A DNA stretch of 64,000 nucleotides from Balanoglossus misakiensis (taxonomy: Eukaryota; Animalia; Hemichordata): positions 1,872,422 to 1,936,421 of the forward strand of contig CM082597.2 of the NCBI GenBank assembly GCA_040954595.2. The letters are read 5' to 3'. This document shows positions 1-13,209 of this stretch, piece after piece; the stretch's first letter is position 1, and every line of letters starts with the position of its first letter. Below the pieces are notes generated by a model. It was given only the letters and a program-made list of their open reading frames with translations, did not search any database and was not told the DNA's origin. The translations under genes and the position numbers were made by a program.

Positions 1-1817
1 ACCAGAGGTAAAAGTCGGCAAAAAAAATGTCAACTGCAAGGATTTTTCCCTCAGCAGCCATCAACTTATTCCCAGATGGCTCATGTCAAGCAGGTCACAC
101 TTCCAACTGGCTACTTTGCTTTTAGCTCGTTTTAGTGGTGGGATAATTGGAAGACATACCGCCACTGAAGTTCCAACTGCTGGTATGATGACACCGCCCC
201 CTGTAGGTGGATACTGACACTGTCACATGGGACGTCCACCATTGGCCAGCCAGGACAAGTCATTAGCATATCAATGCTTCATTTACATTCAATGAACAGT
301 GACATCATCAATGGTCTATTTGTCCCATGGCCATATAAGGCAATGCTACTATTCCGCAAACAATGGGTTGGGTCATATGGTTGATAGTGTCAGTCACAGG
401 CCCCTTTCCTGATGAATGGATCCCGATACTCTGAACTTTGGTCCGACTTGGACAACTCGACAAGTTTGACAACTGAGACCCACAGATAACCTTTCCACAA
501 ACAATTCCGCCTTGTTAACATTATATAGGTCTGTGTACAATTGAAGCTTGTTTATAAATGCTAGCCTCAAGGTCTACTGCCTTCTATTTACGACAACAAA
601 ATAATACCTGAACACGACAAGAGATAAACATCACCACAAAATTACGAAACTTGAATGAAGTCTCAGTTTCCCTATTTTACAACAAAATCATATTTGAACG
701 AAAATGATTTTCGTCAACCACATCATGGTAGCTGTCATATAAATGATTAATACAACAGAGGGGTAAGCCTTATCTCAGGCAGCAGGCACACTTACAACCG
801 GAAGGAAAGGCTCTCTCTCTCCTTCTTTCCCTGGATACTAATCTCTCATTGCCAGTGGCCAGCTCAACTCCCCGATTACAACACAGATGATCTGAGCGAT
901 AAGCAAAATACACACTTCCTGACAACTATTTTTAGAACCCAAAATCACCATATTCACTGAAAGATAAATTTCTGTTCTCCTTCAGAGGGTTGGAGGAGGG
1001 GTCTGGTCTAATCAAAACTGCCATGTATCCAGTTATGTTTCATTTATAATCTCTTTTAGTGAAACACAAACAGTTCTGAGTTTTGAATACTTGTATAGGC
1101 GGCCTGTGGGCGTATGACTTTAAACTGAAACTCACGACTGAGTGATTACACACCAGACCGAAAATCAAAACTAGACATCCGAGATTGTGTCTGAATGTGT
1201 CTAGAACGAGTCATGAGTGCGTGTGTTTTATGTGTCGGTGTATTTGTGTCATGTGTGTAGGGTTGGTGCAGTGGTTTCCTGTTCGGCTGGACATGTCTGC
1301 CACAAAACCCAGACACTAATTCTAAACACCTCCACAAAACAGACAGAGACTAATCACAACACTGTAGACAAACCTTGTTTTATGAAAAAAACACCAGCAC
1401 TGTAATTTTTTTATCTTTCTGTGATCAATTTTGTACCATTCAATCCTTAACCCAAAAAAATACTTCTAAATGTTCTCACAACGAAAACCTCAGAAAACAT
1501 ACAAAGTTGCCAATAATTTTCTTAGTAAGTCTCTCACTGAACAAATTAACAAAATCATCCACACCATCGCCAGACTGTTTTTAAACAATAAATAGTCATG
1601 AGATAAAAACCACAAGTTTGTTTTGAGAACTATCTGTGATTGAACTTAATCTCCCACTATCATAACTTATTACACGAACTTAAATAATTGCACAAACTAA
1701 GAATACAGCCAGTTAAACCAAAAACAAACAGAGTTTCCAAATATTAATTAAGAAACTCAAAAATCTAAAAACTTAGACATGGGATGGGGTGTGAAGTAAA
1801 ATAAAACAACAACTCAC

Positions 1818-1956
1818 CGATTTGAAGTTCGTCGGGCAGTTCAAGTCCAGTTGGCACAACCTGTTGTGGAGTTTCCCTGTATAATGTGTAACTATCACAA
1901 TCTCCAAGCATACTGTTCAGTCTCTCAACTTCAGCTGCTAATTCACCCACAAAACC
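1818..1956 (-). CDS. Ets1/2: Internal coding exon of a probable ETS1/ETS2 (Ets1/2)-like gene, N-terminal region (GFVGELAAEVERLNSMLGDCDSYTLYRETPQQVVPTGLELPDELQI)
   Basis: Minus strand: acceptor ttatttgcatatttcaattatAG| before 1956 and donor G|GTGAGT at 1817-1812. The 139-nt exon is open, phase 0 to phase 1. QQVVPTGLE resembles the QEVPTGL[E/D] motif of vertebrate ETS1 (long isoform) and ETS2, which lies just before the LLTP MAPK-site/PNT region. No PNT or ETS exon is visible in 1-1817, so the rest of the gene would lie left of the window. Confidence 0.7.
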
Positions 1957-2501
1957 CTATAATTGAAATATGCAAATAAGAGAGAATGTCACTGACCAAT
2001 CACAGGGTGGGTTGGTGGTCTTGGACGGCTGCCAATTGGTGAGAAAGTTACCATGGCTAATGGGAACCAGAAGAAGGTTGGGACGCGACTGTCTTGTGAT
2101 GTGTTCTGGGAATATTGGGAGGGGGGATGATAGCTCAAAGGAGGTTGTAGGAGAAACAATTCTACAATTCGTATCCCACATACCAACAAATGCTGATTTT
2201 TTATTTCATGTCATTGAGTAAATTTGCCCAACATTAACATGGGGCCAAAAAAAATTAGTTGGCAATGATCATAGTATAATTTGATTCTAAGAATTGGGGA
2301 TGGGAACACAATGATCATCTTCCATTGATTCTTTTCATCAGCCACTCCTTACACATGACAAGGCTAATCACACTTGGTCTAAACTCTTTCAAAATCAACT
2401 TGATCAATTGTAGTGTCTTTTGAACAAAAAAACATAGATGATTCACACTCTATCATAATTGTCATTTACAATTTTTTCAATAGCTGCACCTAAAATTTCA
2501 C

Positions 2502-2562
2502 CTTGTTTCTAGTGTAATGATGAATACAAGAAAACTTCAAGCGGGCTTCTAATCTTTCTAAT
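2502..2562 (-). other. Possible alternative 61-nt exon of the minus-strand gene (LERLEARLKFSCIHHYTRNK)
   Basis: Acceptor ccttgacAG| and donor AAG|GTGAAA. The frame is open and ends in phase 0, compatible with the 1956 exon. No recognisable homology. Confidence 0.25.
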
Positions 2563-3596
2563 CTGTCAAGGTCGAAACGGGTACATGTACTCACTGCTGA
2601 CGCATAAGGCCGAAGTAAAAAAAAAATGAAATAAAATACAGAAAAAAGATTGATCTTATATCATGGACCTTTTTTCTTTCATGCCACACAGTTGATTAAA
2701 TTAATTTATTTGTTCCATCACTTCGGTTCCCTGACTAGCATTTTATTTCACATAATTTCCTCGATTCTGTGTCAAATTTCAGTAGGAGCGAAATTGACTT
2801 GCGAAATATCAACAGCGCTTACGTGACGTCACACAACTGTAACCAATAAAATACGTGCAAGTAGACCTGTCACCGTAGCTGCTAGACCCCGCCCCCTTCT
2901 GACGCTCTGCTTGGGTAAATGTTTTGATCGTGCTAGTCACGATTGCGTAAGCTGGACAATGACCTGTAACTGCGTACCGTGTTCGGCCCAACTTCATCGA
3001 GGAATGTGTTGCCAAATTTTCCTATCCATGTGTCAATAAAACACGCAAACCGCATTGGACTGCCTTTGCTTCGAGTTCAACGCTCTGTAGCGCGCCATCT
3101 TGCTTACCGAGTAAAACAGTCGATCAGCGCGGCGAGCAAACCCTCGCTAATTCTACATTTTTACGACATAAGTCGATTCAAAGCTCACGATGTTGTACAT
3201 AGTCGTTTATAGAGTGGGTTAAAACGTCGGAGTAAGCTAACGCCCGAGTAAAATAAGCGAGCGCTGTAGACGTGCGAATGGACATGTTCTGTGGGTTGAT
3301 TGCATGATGTATCTTTCATCTGGTTGACTCAAAGCGACCTTGACTTAAAAGTGACCGATATAGACACACTCAAATTGATGTCAACTGACATTGGCTTGTT
3401 AAAATGGAAAACAATTTTTCCTTTTAAAATACTGATCGCGATTAAATAGGACGCCTGTGTTTATGTGAATGGGTCGCGTGCACGCGTGCGAATAACTTGA
3501 ATGAATGAATGGGGTATGAATGAATGAATGACAGAGTTGAATGACAGTGTGATCAACCATATGATCAAAGAAGAAAATCTGAAATCCGTATCTTAC

Positions 3597-3659
3597 CTTC
3601 GCTATCTTTCTGGGCTTTGAGTCATCGTAAGACAAATCACTGATGTTCATGGTATACAT
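3597..3659 (-). CDS. Ets1/2: Probable first coding segment of the Ets1/2-like gene (MYTMNISDLSYDDSKPRKIAK); whole exon 3597-3690
   Basis: Strong acceptor tatccttttccttgtttcAG| before 3690, ATG at 3659-3657 and donor AAG|GTAAGA at 3596. It ends in phase 0, which matches the phase-0 start of the 1956-1818 exon. Confidence 0.6.
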
Positions 3660-3882
3660 CTTGGTCTTCAAGGCACAAGGGATTAAATAACTGAAACAAG
3701 GAAAAGGATATCAAACGTAAGAAACTGCGGAGTTCGGACACACTGCCCACACACATGTTGAATCTAAGGCCAGCCGCCATGTTGTTTTGATCGCTCGCTC
3801 GGCGGAGTTAAGTCAGCTAAAGTGAAAATCCAAGACAGAACACTGAACATGAAGTAGGTTACAGTAAAGAAATATAACTTAC

Positions 3883-4176
3883 CGATAAAGATCTTGAAAA
3901 ATTCGCTCGATCGGCTGCTCGATGAATCAGAGTCGAGCTCCTCGAACGTGTAGCTGTATATACGGTGTACTAAACGCGATGACAGCGGCAGATCACGGCT
4001 ATCTGGTGCTCGCGAAAATTCTAACCGATGACAGAATTGGAGTATTGTAGTGCGGATAAGTCGTGGATTGATGCTCGCTTAGAATGTAGATGTAAACAAG
4101 TCCGTATCAAAATATCAAAACGTAGAAAAAGACGAGTTCACTCCGGTGTTGCTAAGTCTGTCTCTTGACTTCAACT
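3883..4176 (-). other. Probable non-coding first exon (5' UTR) of the minus-strand Ets1/2-like gene
   Basis: Consensus donor TCG|GTAAGT at 3882-3877. An Inr-like CAGTT at about 4176 lies about 30 nt downstream of a TATA-like CATAAAA (4207-4201). Confidence 0.45.
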
Positions 4177-4480
4177 GCTCTGTCAAATGTGTGGATGCTG
4201 TTTTATGAAACGGGGAAGACCCGACTAACATTAATTATTCATGATGTTTATTCTCACCTATCACCCATCTCCAATGTGATTGGAGGTACGCTCACTAGAA
4301 TCACTCCATTGGGTTAATTCTGTGAAGTAGGCGGGTTCTCTTATAGAGAAATGGCCATTGTTTGCTGACGTCAGAGGTAATTTGACGTCAGGATCAATGG
4401 ACATGTTTAGATGTCCATTTCATATTTAAATGACATAGAGAAATCTATTAGGGTGAGGGCCAATCAGAATACGGCAGGTA
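4177..4480 (-). promoter_or_regulatory. Candidate promoter of the minus-strand gene: TATA-like box, two perfect CRE palindromes, CCAAT boxes
   Basis: CATAAAA on - at 4201-4207. TGACGTCA at 4366-4373 and 4383-4390. CCAAT/ATTGG motifs at about 4272-4283, 4308 and 4460. GC-box-like GGCGGG at about 4330. Confidence 0.5.
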
Positions 4481-5398
4481 CACCGTTCGATGTTATGAAT
4501 GAATCCGAGTTCGGAGAAGGCATAAACAACAGCTCAATACGACTGCGTCAGTCGGGTTCCGAGAAGAATCAATAAAACGCGTTGGCGTCGATAACCATAT
4601 ATGGCCTAGGTAACCTTTGGCACCGTACACGTATGGCTGCGTCGTACTGTTTACAACGAACGCAGCAGCTAGTCATCAACCCTTCTTCGTGGAACCAGTA
4701 AAGGCTAGTGCAAGTGACGTCGAATATATTTCTTTAATTTTACGTTTCGGACGACACGTTGCACATTTCTTCAAAACTTATAACTCCAAGCGATATCTCT
4801 CGGCAATAATAATTCCAAATTAAGTTGTAAATGTCGAGCTCGCGTCTCTATTAAATTTTCAAATATTATGTTTTCCTCGAATTATTCATACAGCATATTA
4901 AAACACAAAATCATCACCAGTTGACTAATTGAGTTCAGTGACATTGTGCGCTACCTGGGGTGCATGATGAAAGATATTACAGTGAATCCACAAAACGTGT
5001 GTGATTTGTATACTTCTCTTGTAAAATTACTCTTATATGAAAAAGATCTGACTCTCGCACTATTGACTCGTTTACGGGAAAACATGAATAACCAAGTTTC
5101 CATCAATGATGCACCAGGCACAAGACGGCATCCGGAAATTTAACATTCTCGTTAATGAGATGTGCGGTTAACCCCAAAAACCGCGCACGACAAGCACGAT
5201 AACTTTTTCTTCAGTCTTTCAAGACGTATGCGTGTCTGCGCAAGAATTGTCCCCAAAACGACTCTCCTGCACACGTGCCTAATGTCGCGTGACCCACACT
5301 TGTTGTTTTCGTTCGTGAAGATTTCATTCAGAGAGTGTTACCACATGAAAATAAGCAAATCCTCCAATAATCAGTGTACATGGCAAGATCCACGAATA

Positions 5399-5422
5399 GA
5401 TGGATGGATGGATGGATGGATG

Positions 5423-5506
<84 letters not shown>

Positions 5507-5581
5507 CATACATACATACATACATACATACATACATACATACATACATACATACATACATACATACATACATACATACAT

Positions 5582-5612
<31 letters not shown>

Positions 5613-5632
5613 TACATACAGACAGACATACA
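5399..5632. repeat. Compound tetranucleotide microsatellite (GATG)n(GATA)n(CATA)n(CAGA)n
   Basis: Directly visible tandem 4-mers. It generates the spurious SIYL/MYVC ORFs. Confidence 0.98.
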
Positions 5633-8600
5633 TCTTTCATGGGAAAAGGAGTTTTTTTTCATCAAAATGTATATTTGTCAAATATTCTACAACTTTGCAA
5701 CAGAAGCAGACATGAACACCAAGGTCCAGACAAGGTAGACCTAAACGTAACGTCTGGAATTTCCCGACGTCTGGATTTTTGGTTTTCAGACAAGGGAGTG
5801 TCGAGGGTGTTTTGTATTCACAAAAGGTCGCCCATGTGGCGATCAGGACTGTCCTCGACTCGGATCCGCATTACAATATATTGGCTACAATACTGACCCG
5901 TCCATTCATGTCTCAATTTTCGCCCACGGATACGCGATAGGGGCCGAAAAACGCTCCGGACAACATTCCCTGACCCAATTTACACCCGATATCATTAAAC
6001 TGTTACAAACTGACTTTTCGTTGAAAAGTCTTGGGTAATACTTAAACTTGTATCTTTATCACGATAAAAACTGATTCATATCATGGGGACGAAGTGCCAG
6101 ATTATAGTAACGATAAACGTAGCACCCCCAGGGCCATGGATGTAGACTTACTTCCATGACATGAAATGCCCACAAGAGGAAACACGGATTATCATGGTTG
6201 TTTATACACAATAATATTGAAAAACATATATATTTAGTTGGGTTGGTGATTTTATCTGTTATTGAAATAACAAGGATGGATATTCTCAAGTCGGCGTTTC
6301 TGTCTAATTATAGCACTGTTTATTGCAAGCACTGTCTTTCCTTCCGATTCGCGGGGTTGGGAGCAATCACGACTCAAACCGTGACGCGTAACTCGATACA
6401 TTCAGCGGCGATACGTTATGCAAACGGCATGGCGACGCTGGAACACTGCGGCCAAGGAATTATACTAATGTGGGTCACGGACCGTACTTTCATACCCATG
6501 TTGGGCCAAGTGTACTATTATATGCGAGAGGTGTCAGCAAGACAGCGGGCAAGCGTGTGGTGACAGCCAGCGCTAAAATGGCGTCTCGCTCGCAACTATG
6601 GCGACTGTCACCATAGTGATAGAACGCCTACGCTAAGAATCTCAAGATCATGCAATGTAATCAGCACTTAAAATATAGAGAAAGTGGGGGAGCATTTTTT
6701 TCTATACATACTTGCATGGCAACACAACAGTGTAAGAAAATATAAAATATTTTTCCAATATGTAAATCTATATTGTTTGTTAAAAATCTTCGCCCGTCAC
6801 GGAGATTCAAAACATCACCATCGAGGCATCTTCTGTCACACTTAAATATTTTAAGAAAATAAGATAATTCATACAGCGCGCAAACTTCTACGCTAGAAGC
6901 ATGCAGTTTAATATTCTCGCATTTCTCGCACTCATGCATCCATTCACTGTTGACCAAAAGTAGTCGAGGACAAGGTTACGCCTCGTCGCTTTTCGACAAC
7001 AACTCCAGTATCTTTCCCTGAACAGCTAAAACAACAACTTGACTTGACCTGATTTTCGCCAAAGTGAAAAAATAATGCATATGGGAATTTCTCGCGGAAT
7101 CCAAACTCGAATGCCTGGTCTCAATAGTGAAAGGGCAGGCGACGGGGCGGCGTGGATCAAGGGACACGGACTGACCACATAAAAGTGGTCCGCCGTGTTC
7201 TTTTGGAACCCCCTGGGTCGATGTCAGAGATAAGGCGAGTCGATCACACCGTTTAGAAAACTACCGTCGGTATTTCATCACTCGATAAGCTCGCTCCTCT
7301 CGTTGGGAAATAACAAAACGGGCCCGCCGACAAAGTGACCCGATGTCCAGAAATGTGTGTGGCTCTATCCGAAACCTATTGTTGTCTTGTGTTGTAAACA
7401 ATAGAAGTGAGATCTTAATTAGCCTTGTCAATTTTGTAATGTGTGTGAATTCGAAGCGTTTCACAGTTACTGAGGTTGGCGGTTCATCAAAAGCAACCAG
7501 GCGGAAACCAAGCCCCATATTAGCCCGAAATTAATCTGCTCTCAACAAGGTAACAAGGGTATCAACGCGAAAACGCCGAAAAGAAGGTCGGCTGATTTTG
7601 GTGACAAGTGGTGTTTATCAACAATGCGGCAGGGGGCAATTAAAAGTGATTTGCAATCGAGAGCACGTCGGCCTCAATGTTTGTTTTCATCAAAGACTGC
7701 AAGATCTTTGAGACACGCCGGTGTCTTGTCTACACTTGCCGAAAATCTTCAGGTGGCGGTCGACAGTCTGAACAACAGACAAAGCGAAAATATTCCCTGT
7801 TTTGCTCTTTTGTGTGCGTCTGAACACGGACGCTCGATGGTGTATCGAGGGTCCATAGTCTGAACATGGAAGTACCCCCAACCAGAGGTCGCCCAACTCT
7901 ACGCGCTCTCAACTAGGGGGAGACCAACGCCTGAACAAAATCCGGGCGTACTGTCAACTTGAATCTCACAGGTCAAACCGAATTTTCAGCAGCTAAAATT
8001 ACCCTAAGATATCAGAAGTGTCTATGCGTAAAACGTGCGTGCGCTCTGTGACTCTTGTCAGTTCCCATCGAACTGATAGACACGTACCAGTGTTCCCACA
8101 AATGTCGTTTTCATGAAATTTACACATTGTCGCCAAGTTCAAATTTGAGACATATATACTTCCTGTTTTCGGAAGTACCATTCATGAAAATAAAAGTAGC
8201 ATTTTTTTTCTCTTGCATGTATGCGTGGGAATATCAGTGTTCACGAAATGACAGAGGTGCAGACACTTGGTGCAGACGACGCGCGCGCTGTCTGTCTTGT
8301 GGGATATTTCTTCTATCGATACTCGCACGAGTCACCGGAAGACGCGCAGTCTTATCTACGGAGACGAGTTTTGTTGATGTTGCCGGCAGCGAGGACCCTG
8401 GGCAGTTACGTCAACATCTTATCTCGGCGACACCAATATGCGAACCTAGATAGGCCGCGTTTCCTGTCCCCACATCACTGATCAGTTTCCCCTCACACTT
8501 TCAATTGTATTACGGCTGGTCTTCCAAAATCACGTTTATACGCCAAGAATTTAGCTTTGTGGTACACGCGTACAATCAATAAAATTGGTCAACAAATGCA

Positions 8601-11600
8601 ATGATAATTACTGCATGGTAAAGTATCGTTTACAGTAAAAGTCTATGATTAAAGCGTTGCAAAAGAACGTTTAGAGATCCCGAATGGTTGAGAAAAGTTA
8701 GTTTTCTCGTGACGTGAAGAGTCTGTGGTGATACTCAATGCTCCATCTGAAGGAATTTCACAGCTGGACATTATAGGGTGATAATTAGCCTTATCATAGC
8801 TTTGTCATTGCAAGCAAATTGTTTGTTTGTGGTGCTTTTAATTGAAATTCGCAAATTGACACCCCATTTTGCAATAAACAATGCAATGATAGCCAACACA
8901 ATGTGATAATGATCTCGATCGCGGTACAGTGAAAGGCGCGGTGCCGAAAATCCTCGCGAGAAAGCGGTCAACTTCAAAAGCATAACAAGCCGAAAAAAAT
9001 CTGAGAATCCAGCGGCCGGCTTTGTGACATGCGACAGTGCAGTTGCCGCAAGCACGCAACTTTTTCGCGACCCTTGTGTTAAATCAATCGCAGGAGCGTG
9101 TCCTGTGTCGTTTAATTTTTTTAGATAAAATTGCCACTGTATTTCGCGATGCGGTGAGAAAGAAGTCGGATCGAGTCACACTAAAGTTTGTCCATCGACC
9201 GATTCCCGAGTCAAGTAGGCTCTTACACTCCTCCGCGGCACGCTAAAGCCAGCGCGTAGTGAGCACCGGTCAACGAACCGACAACAGCGAGTGGCCATTG
9301 ACCCGATGCCTATCTTGAGAGGCTCAGGTGAACATGTGTAAACACCGATAGACCCGAACCGTGCGGGCTGTTTGTTTTCGACTTAATCCTAATCATGCAT
9401 GTGTTACGCGGACAGTTCTGGGAAGATCGGAAAAACACTCTCGTGAGAATTTACATAACTTGATGTAACACCAGTGACCTTAGATTTTGACCTACATGTT
9501 TTCAAAAGGATATATTGATATAATGGAGTTTCTATCTAATATCTTCACGTGTTTTCACAAAAATGTAAATTTCCACAGCAAAAATGTAATTGACATACAA
9601 ATTTCCAAGAGCATGTTCGCTTCAAGGCAATTTACAATGGTGAAAACTCATACACACACGCGCGTGTCAGTGACCGCGTATAATACACACATGTCCATAC
9701 AGTAATCATTGTTTGTATAGAATCGCAGTAAACGACATATAACTGACAGAATAGGATCTTCGCGTCGTAAATTTTTATCCGACTCTCAACTCGCATTCAG
9801 CGCGAACACAGTAAACCATAATAGCCTTTCAAAACTCGAGAGAGACCCCCCGTGAAGACATGATAGGTGAGAGACCGAACGACCTACGAGTAGCAGAGAT
9901 ATACATGTACTGCTGACGGGCAATCAACCGTATCTGTCGCGCGATACCGGTGGAAGATTACACCGGTTCGGGGAACTACGACAAAATCACAATAGCTTCG
10001 GCAGTGACAATGGCAGCCCCCGAGAGCCAGCCGAGTGGTGATTCGCGAAACACCGGTTGAAACGCATTCACGAAGGCCACTGACCGAAGAGACATAAAAC
10101 AGAGGGAATTGAGCAACTGGCTTACACACATGATAAATAATGATTCAACGACACTCCTTCTAACAACGCATTTACACGTTAAAATTCAACTACAAGACAC
10201 AGCGCACGTGAACAGTACCAGTAACTAACTATTATTGTATGGGCGGCCAAAGACATCGCCTTTGAATAGAGCAGTGAGTCACCGGCCAATTCAAAGCATA
10301 GGTCGTTGAACTTGTAGACGTGTTACTGCACAGAAGCAAATTGATTTTCATTGCGAGTTGTTCATATTTTGACAAACAGTGCTCCCCAATTCATTCAGCA
10401 ATCTCGTTGTTGCCTGGATTGTTTTGTTGCTGTTTTGTCTTAGTTTCTTGTGTTATCACGTAATTATCACTCACTAATGCAGCGTTTTTTCAAAATTACG
10501 AGCATATAAAGAAACACTTTTGCCAGCGAGTGCGTTCGTATAATCCAACTGTCTTATTGTCAAGTAAGATTGTTTTAAATATTGATTTTCACTTTTTATC
10601 GGTCCCCAAGAAACTGTGCCACTGGGTGAAAGTTCACAGGAACGCTTTGAACCGGACGGTACTTACTAGTTAAAAGTCAATGAATCGAGCTTTATATTTC
10701 TGTGGTGGGCTGTAACGTTATACAGATGGGCAATATGGAGGGGGTGTTAAAATGTGTCATGTAAAAGCGATCTGCCACGAATACAATGGCTTTGTCATTA
10801 CTACAACGGGGTGGGCACAGAAATCGCAGTACAACAGAAATTGCTCTTTGTTGGACGAGCTAATTAAATCTATTCATATACACATTAATTACGTGTTAAT
10901 TAATAACCTTCACCAGTTAGACTTTTCGCTGTGTAGTCGACTCGGAAAAAAGTCCTACCGCAAATTAAACTGGTGATTCTGTCGCCAATTGTCACGTGAG
11001 AAAATACGCCATTGGAAAACAGATTTTAGATTATTTGAGAGGAGAGAAATATTTAATCTTGGCGAGGAAATGAACGTTAGAGAATTGTGATATTTTAACG
11101 TACAAAAAGGAAATGAGATATTATTCGGACAGTGTGACCAGTAGGGAATAGAAATTGTATCGATGTTGCTAAGATACACTCCCCGAAGGTTATACTGTAT
11201 CGGCGAAACCGCATCCTAAAATGACAACCGTGTCTTGCGAGAAGTAACACCTACGACGACGCATAAACAAGTTTTCGCGTTGCTATGGCGATTGCAAAAC
11301 AAGAACAAGGTACTTCCGAAATCAGTGGCCACTGTGTCCGTCGACCAGGCGTTTTTTATCATAAAAATCATGTCACCCTTTCCGGGGAAATGACTGACAA
11401 TATCATATTTCTGTTCTCTCACACACCTAATTAACGGAGCAAATATAGCCGCAAGGCCACCAACAAGTTGAATGTCACCTTGAAACAAGGAATATGCGCA
11501 GTGAACAACTGAGTCGCCCACGGTTTTCCATGTGGTGATTTAACACAACCACATAATTGAACAAAGAATAGTTCAATTGATATTGTCTTTCCCAGCTTTT

Positions 11601-13140
11601 ATAGGCGACATATAATAAAACAAAAGCATGGGTGCGTTGTTTTTTATATAGATAAGCTGTGGTTTTAAAGGTACACAGTCATCACCAGGCACCGTTGCAG
11701 CTTTCCAGCGTGGCTTACTCTGATGTAGGATAGGAAGGTGTCAGTAATTGCTCACCAATTGTCCCCTTCTTTAATTTGACCCAGTTCTGTCAAACCCTAC
11801 TCGGTGACCACAAAAAACTACAATGTGGGCCACGGTAAACAACCCACATCCTGCTGGACAGTATGAATGACAGGCACATAAAACAACATTACAATGTTGG
11901 ACACAATTGGGAGACGGCAATACTGGTCAACAGCTAGTTAATGCGCACAAGTTCCAACAGGTCTTTCTAAACTTAAACAGGGTTGAGCATCAATGATCCT
12001 AGTTAGCTGTCAAGTACTCAGCTCACGTAATGTCAATGACCGCTATTTATACAACTGTCTCTTTTTCTCTCACCAAGTTCTGTCTCTCCTCCTGTCTGTC
12101 TGTGTGTCTGTCTGTCTGTGTCTCGCTGTCTTAGCCTGCATTGCGTCACAGAATATTATTATTCATTTGAAATATGACACCATCGTATACTTTAATATTC
12201 AACCATTAATAACGAGAAATTTATGATGGTATGTCAGAACAAACACGGTGTCACTGACCGGGAAGTCAGCGCATGCTGCCGGGGCATTTGCGATGCACGC
12301 CCCGATAACGCTTGATCTCTCAACTCGTCAGCAGACGATTTATGAACGAGGCGACGCGACATGATGTGCTAACTGTGGTTACTATACCTACGGGGGTGGC
12401 ACAACGCCATCTCATTAATTCCTCACTGTGCATCGAATCTAAAATCACAACAGAGCATGTGAGAGGAATGGAAACTTACGAGTATGAGCCCCCCCCCCGG
12501 GGGGGGGCAGGGGGGCCCGTATAGCTCTTCGATGGGAGTACCCCTTCCCCACTCCGGGGTGGGGGGCACGAGGCAAGTGTTATGGGAACACGTGCACAGA
12601 GAGTGATTGTTAAACGAACGTAGGAACGAAAACAACTAATTATTTGCTGCTTTATTGGTGGTCTTCGACATGATAAGCACCCCGCGACTAATGATGGGCG
12701 CCGACGTTGTGATTCTTGAAGACTGTATTGTACTGTTTCTCCCGAGAAAATATGATACAAGTATTATTTATAGGATGACTTGTGAGTTAAAAATACTGGC
12801 GCCATGTGCCACAAACCACACGTGTAACAAAAGTCTCCGATTGAAATAACATCCATGGCAATTAGGTTAGAGTCTCAGGGCATTATTCGAATCAGTCAGT
12901 TTGATGTTATCCCAAAAATTAAAAAAAGAACTAATTTTGAAGAAAAAACATGGATGTCTTCTCTAATGGCACCCCACGTCGAGAAGGAATCCCTATTGTT
13001 CAAAAGCGCGAGCAGAAATGAAGAAGACAAGCGTTGACTCTTTTTTGGTGTCACGAAAGAAAATGCATGTCGTGATGTCAATGATGGTAAAGACGAGGTT
13101 TCCATTGATAATTAGAGACTTACTTAACTAGCGCCTGAAA

Positions 13141-13141
<1 letters not shown>

Positions 13142-13172
<31 letters not shown>

Positions 13173-13176
13173 GAGA
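13142..13176. repeat. (GA)n microsatellite
   Basis: Directly visible. Confidence 0.9.
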
Positions 13177-13209
13177 TACAAGTACACGACAGACCTATAA
13201 CACAACGAT

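Noticed and set aside
1146-1321. Possible terminal exon (ELVSGFCGRHVQ...SGV*) phase-compatible with the 1818 donor
   Set aside because: Weak acceptor, no ETS-family similarity, and it would truncate the protein before the PNT domain. Likely chance, though a minor truncated isoform cannot be excluded.
3108-3152. Possible 45-nt minus-strand exon (ISEGLLAALIDCFTR) with a GTAAGC donor
   Set aside because: The acceptor lacks a pyrimidine tract and the phase is incompatible with the upstream coding exon.
5324-5665. ORFs of 89-113 aa with SIYL/MYVC repeats
   Set aside because: Translations of the tetranucleotide microsatellite.
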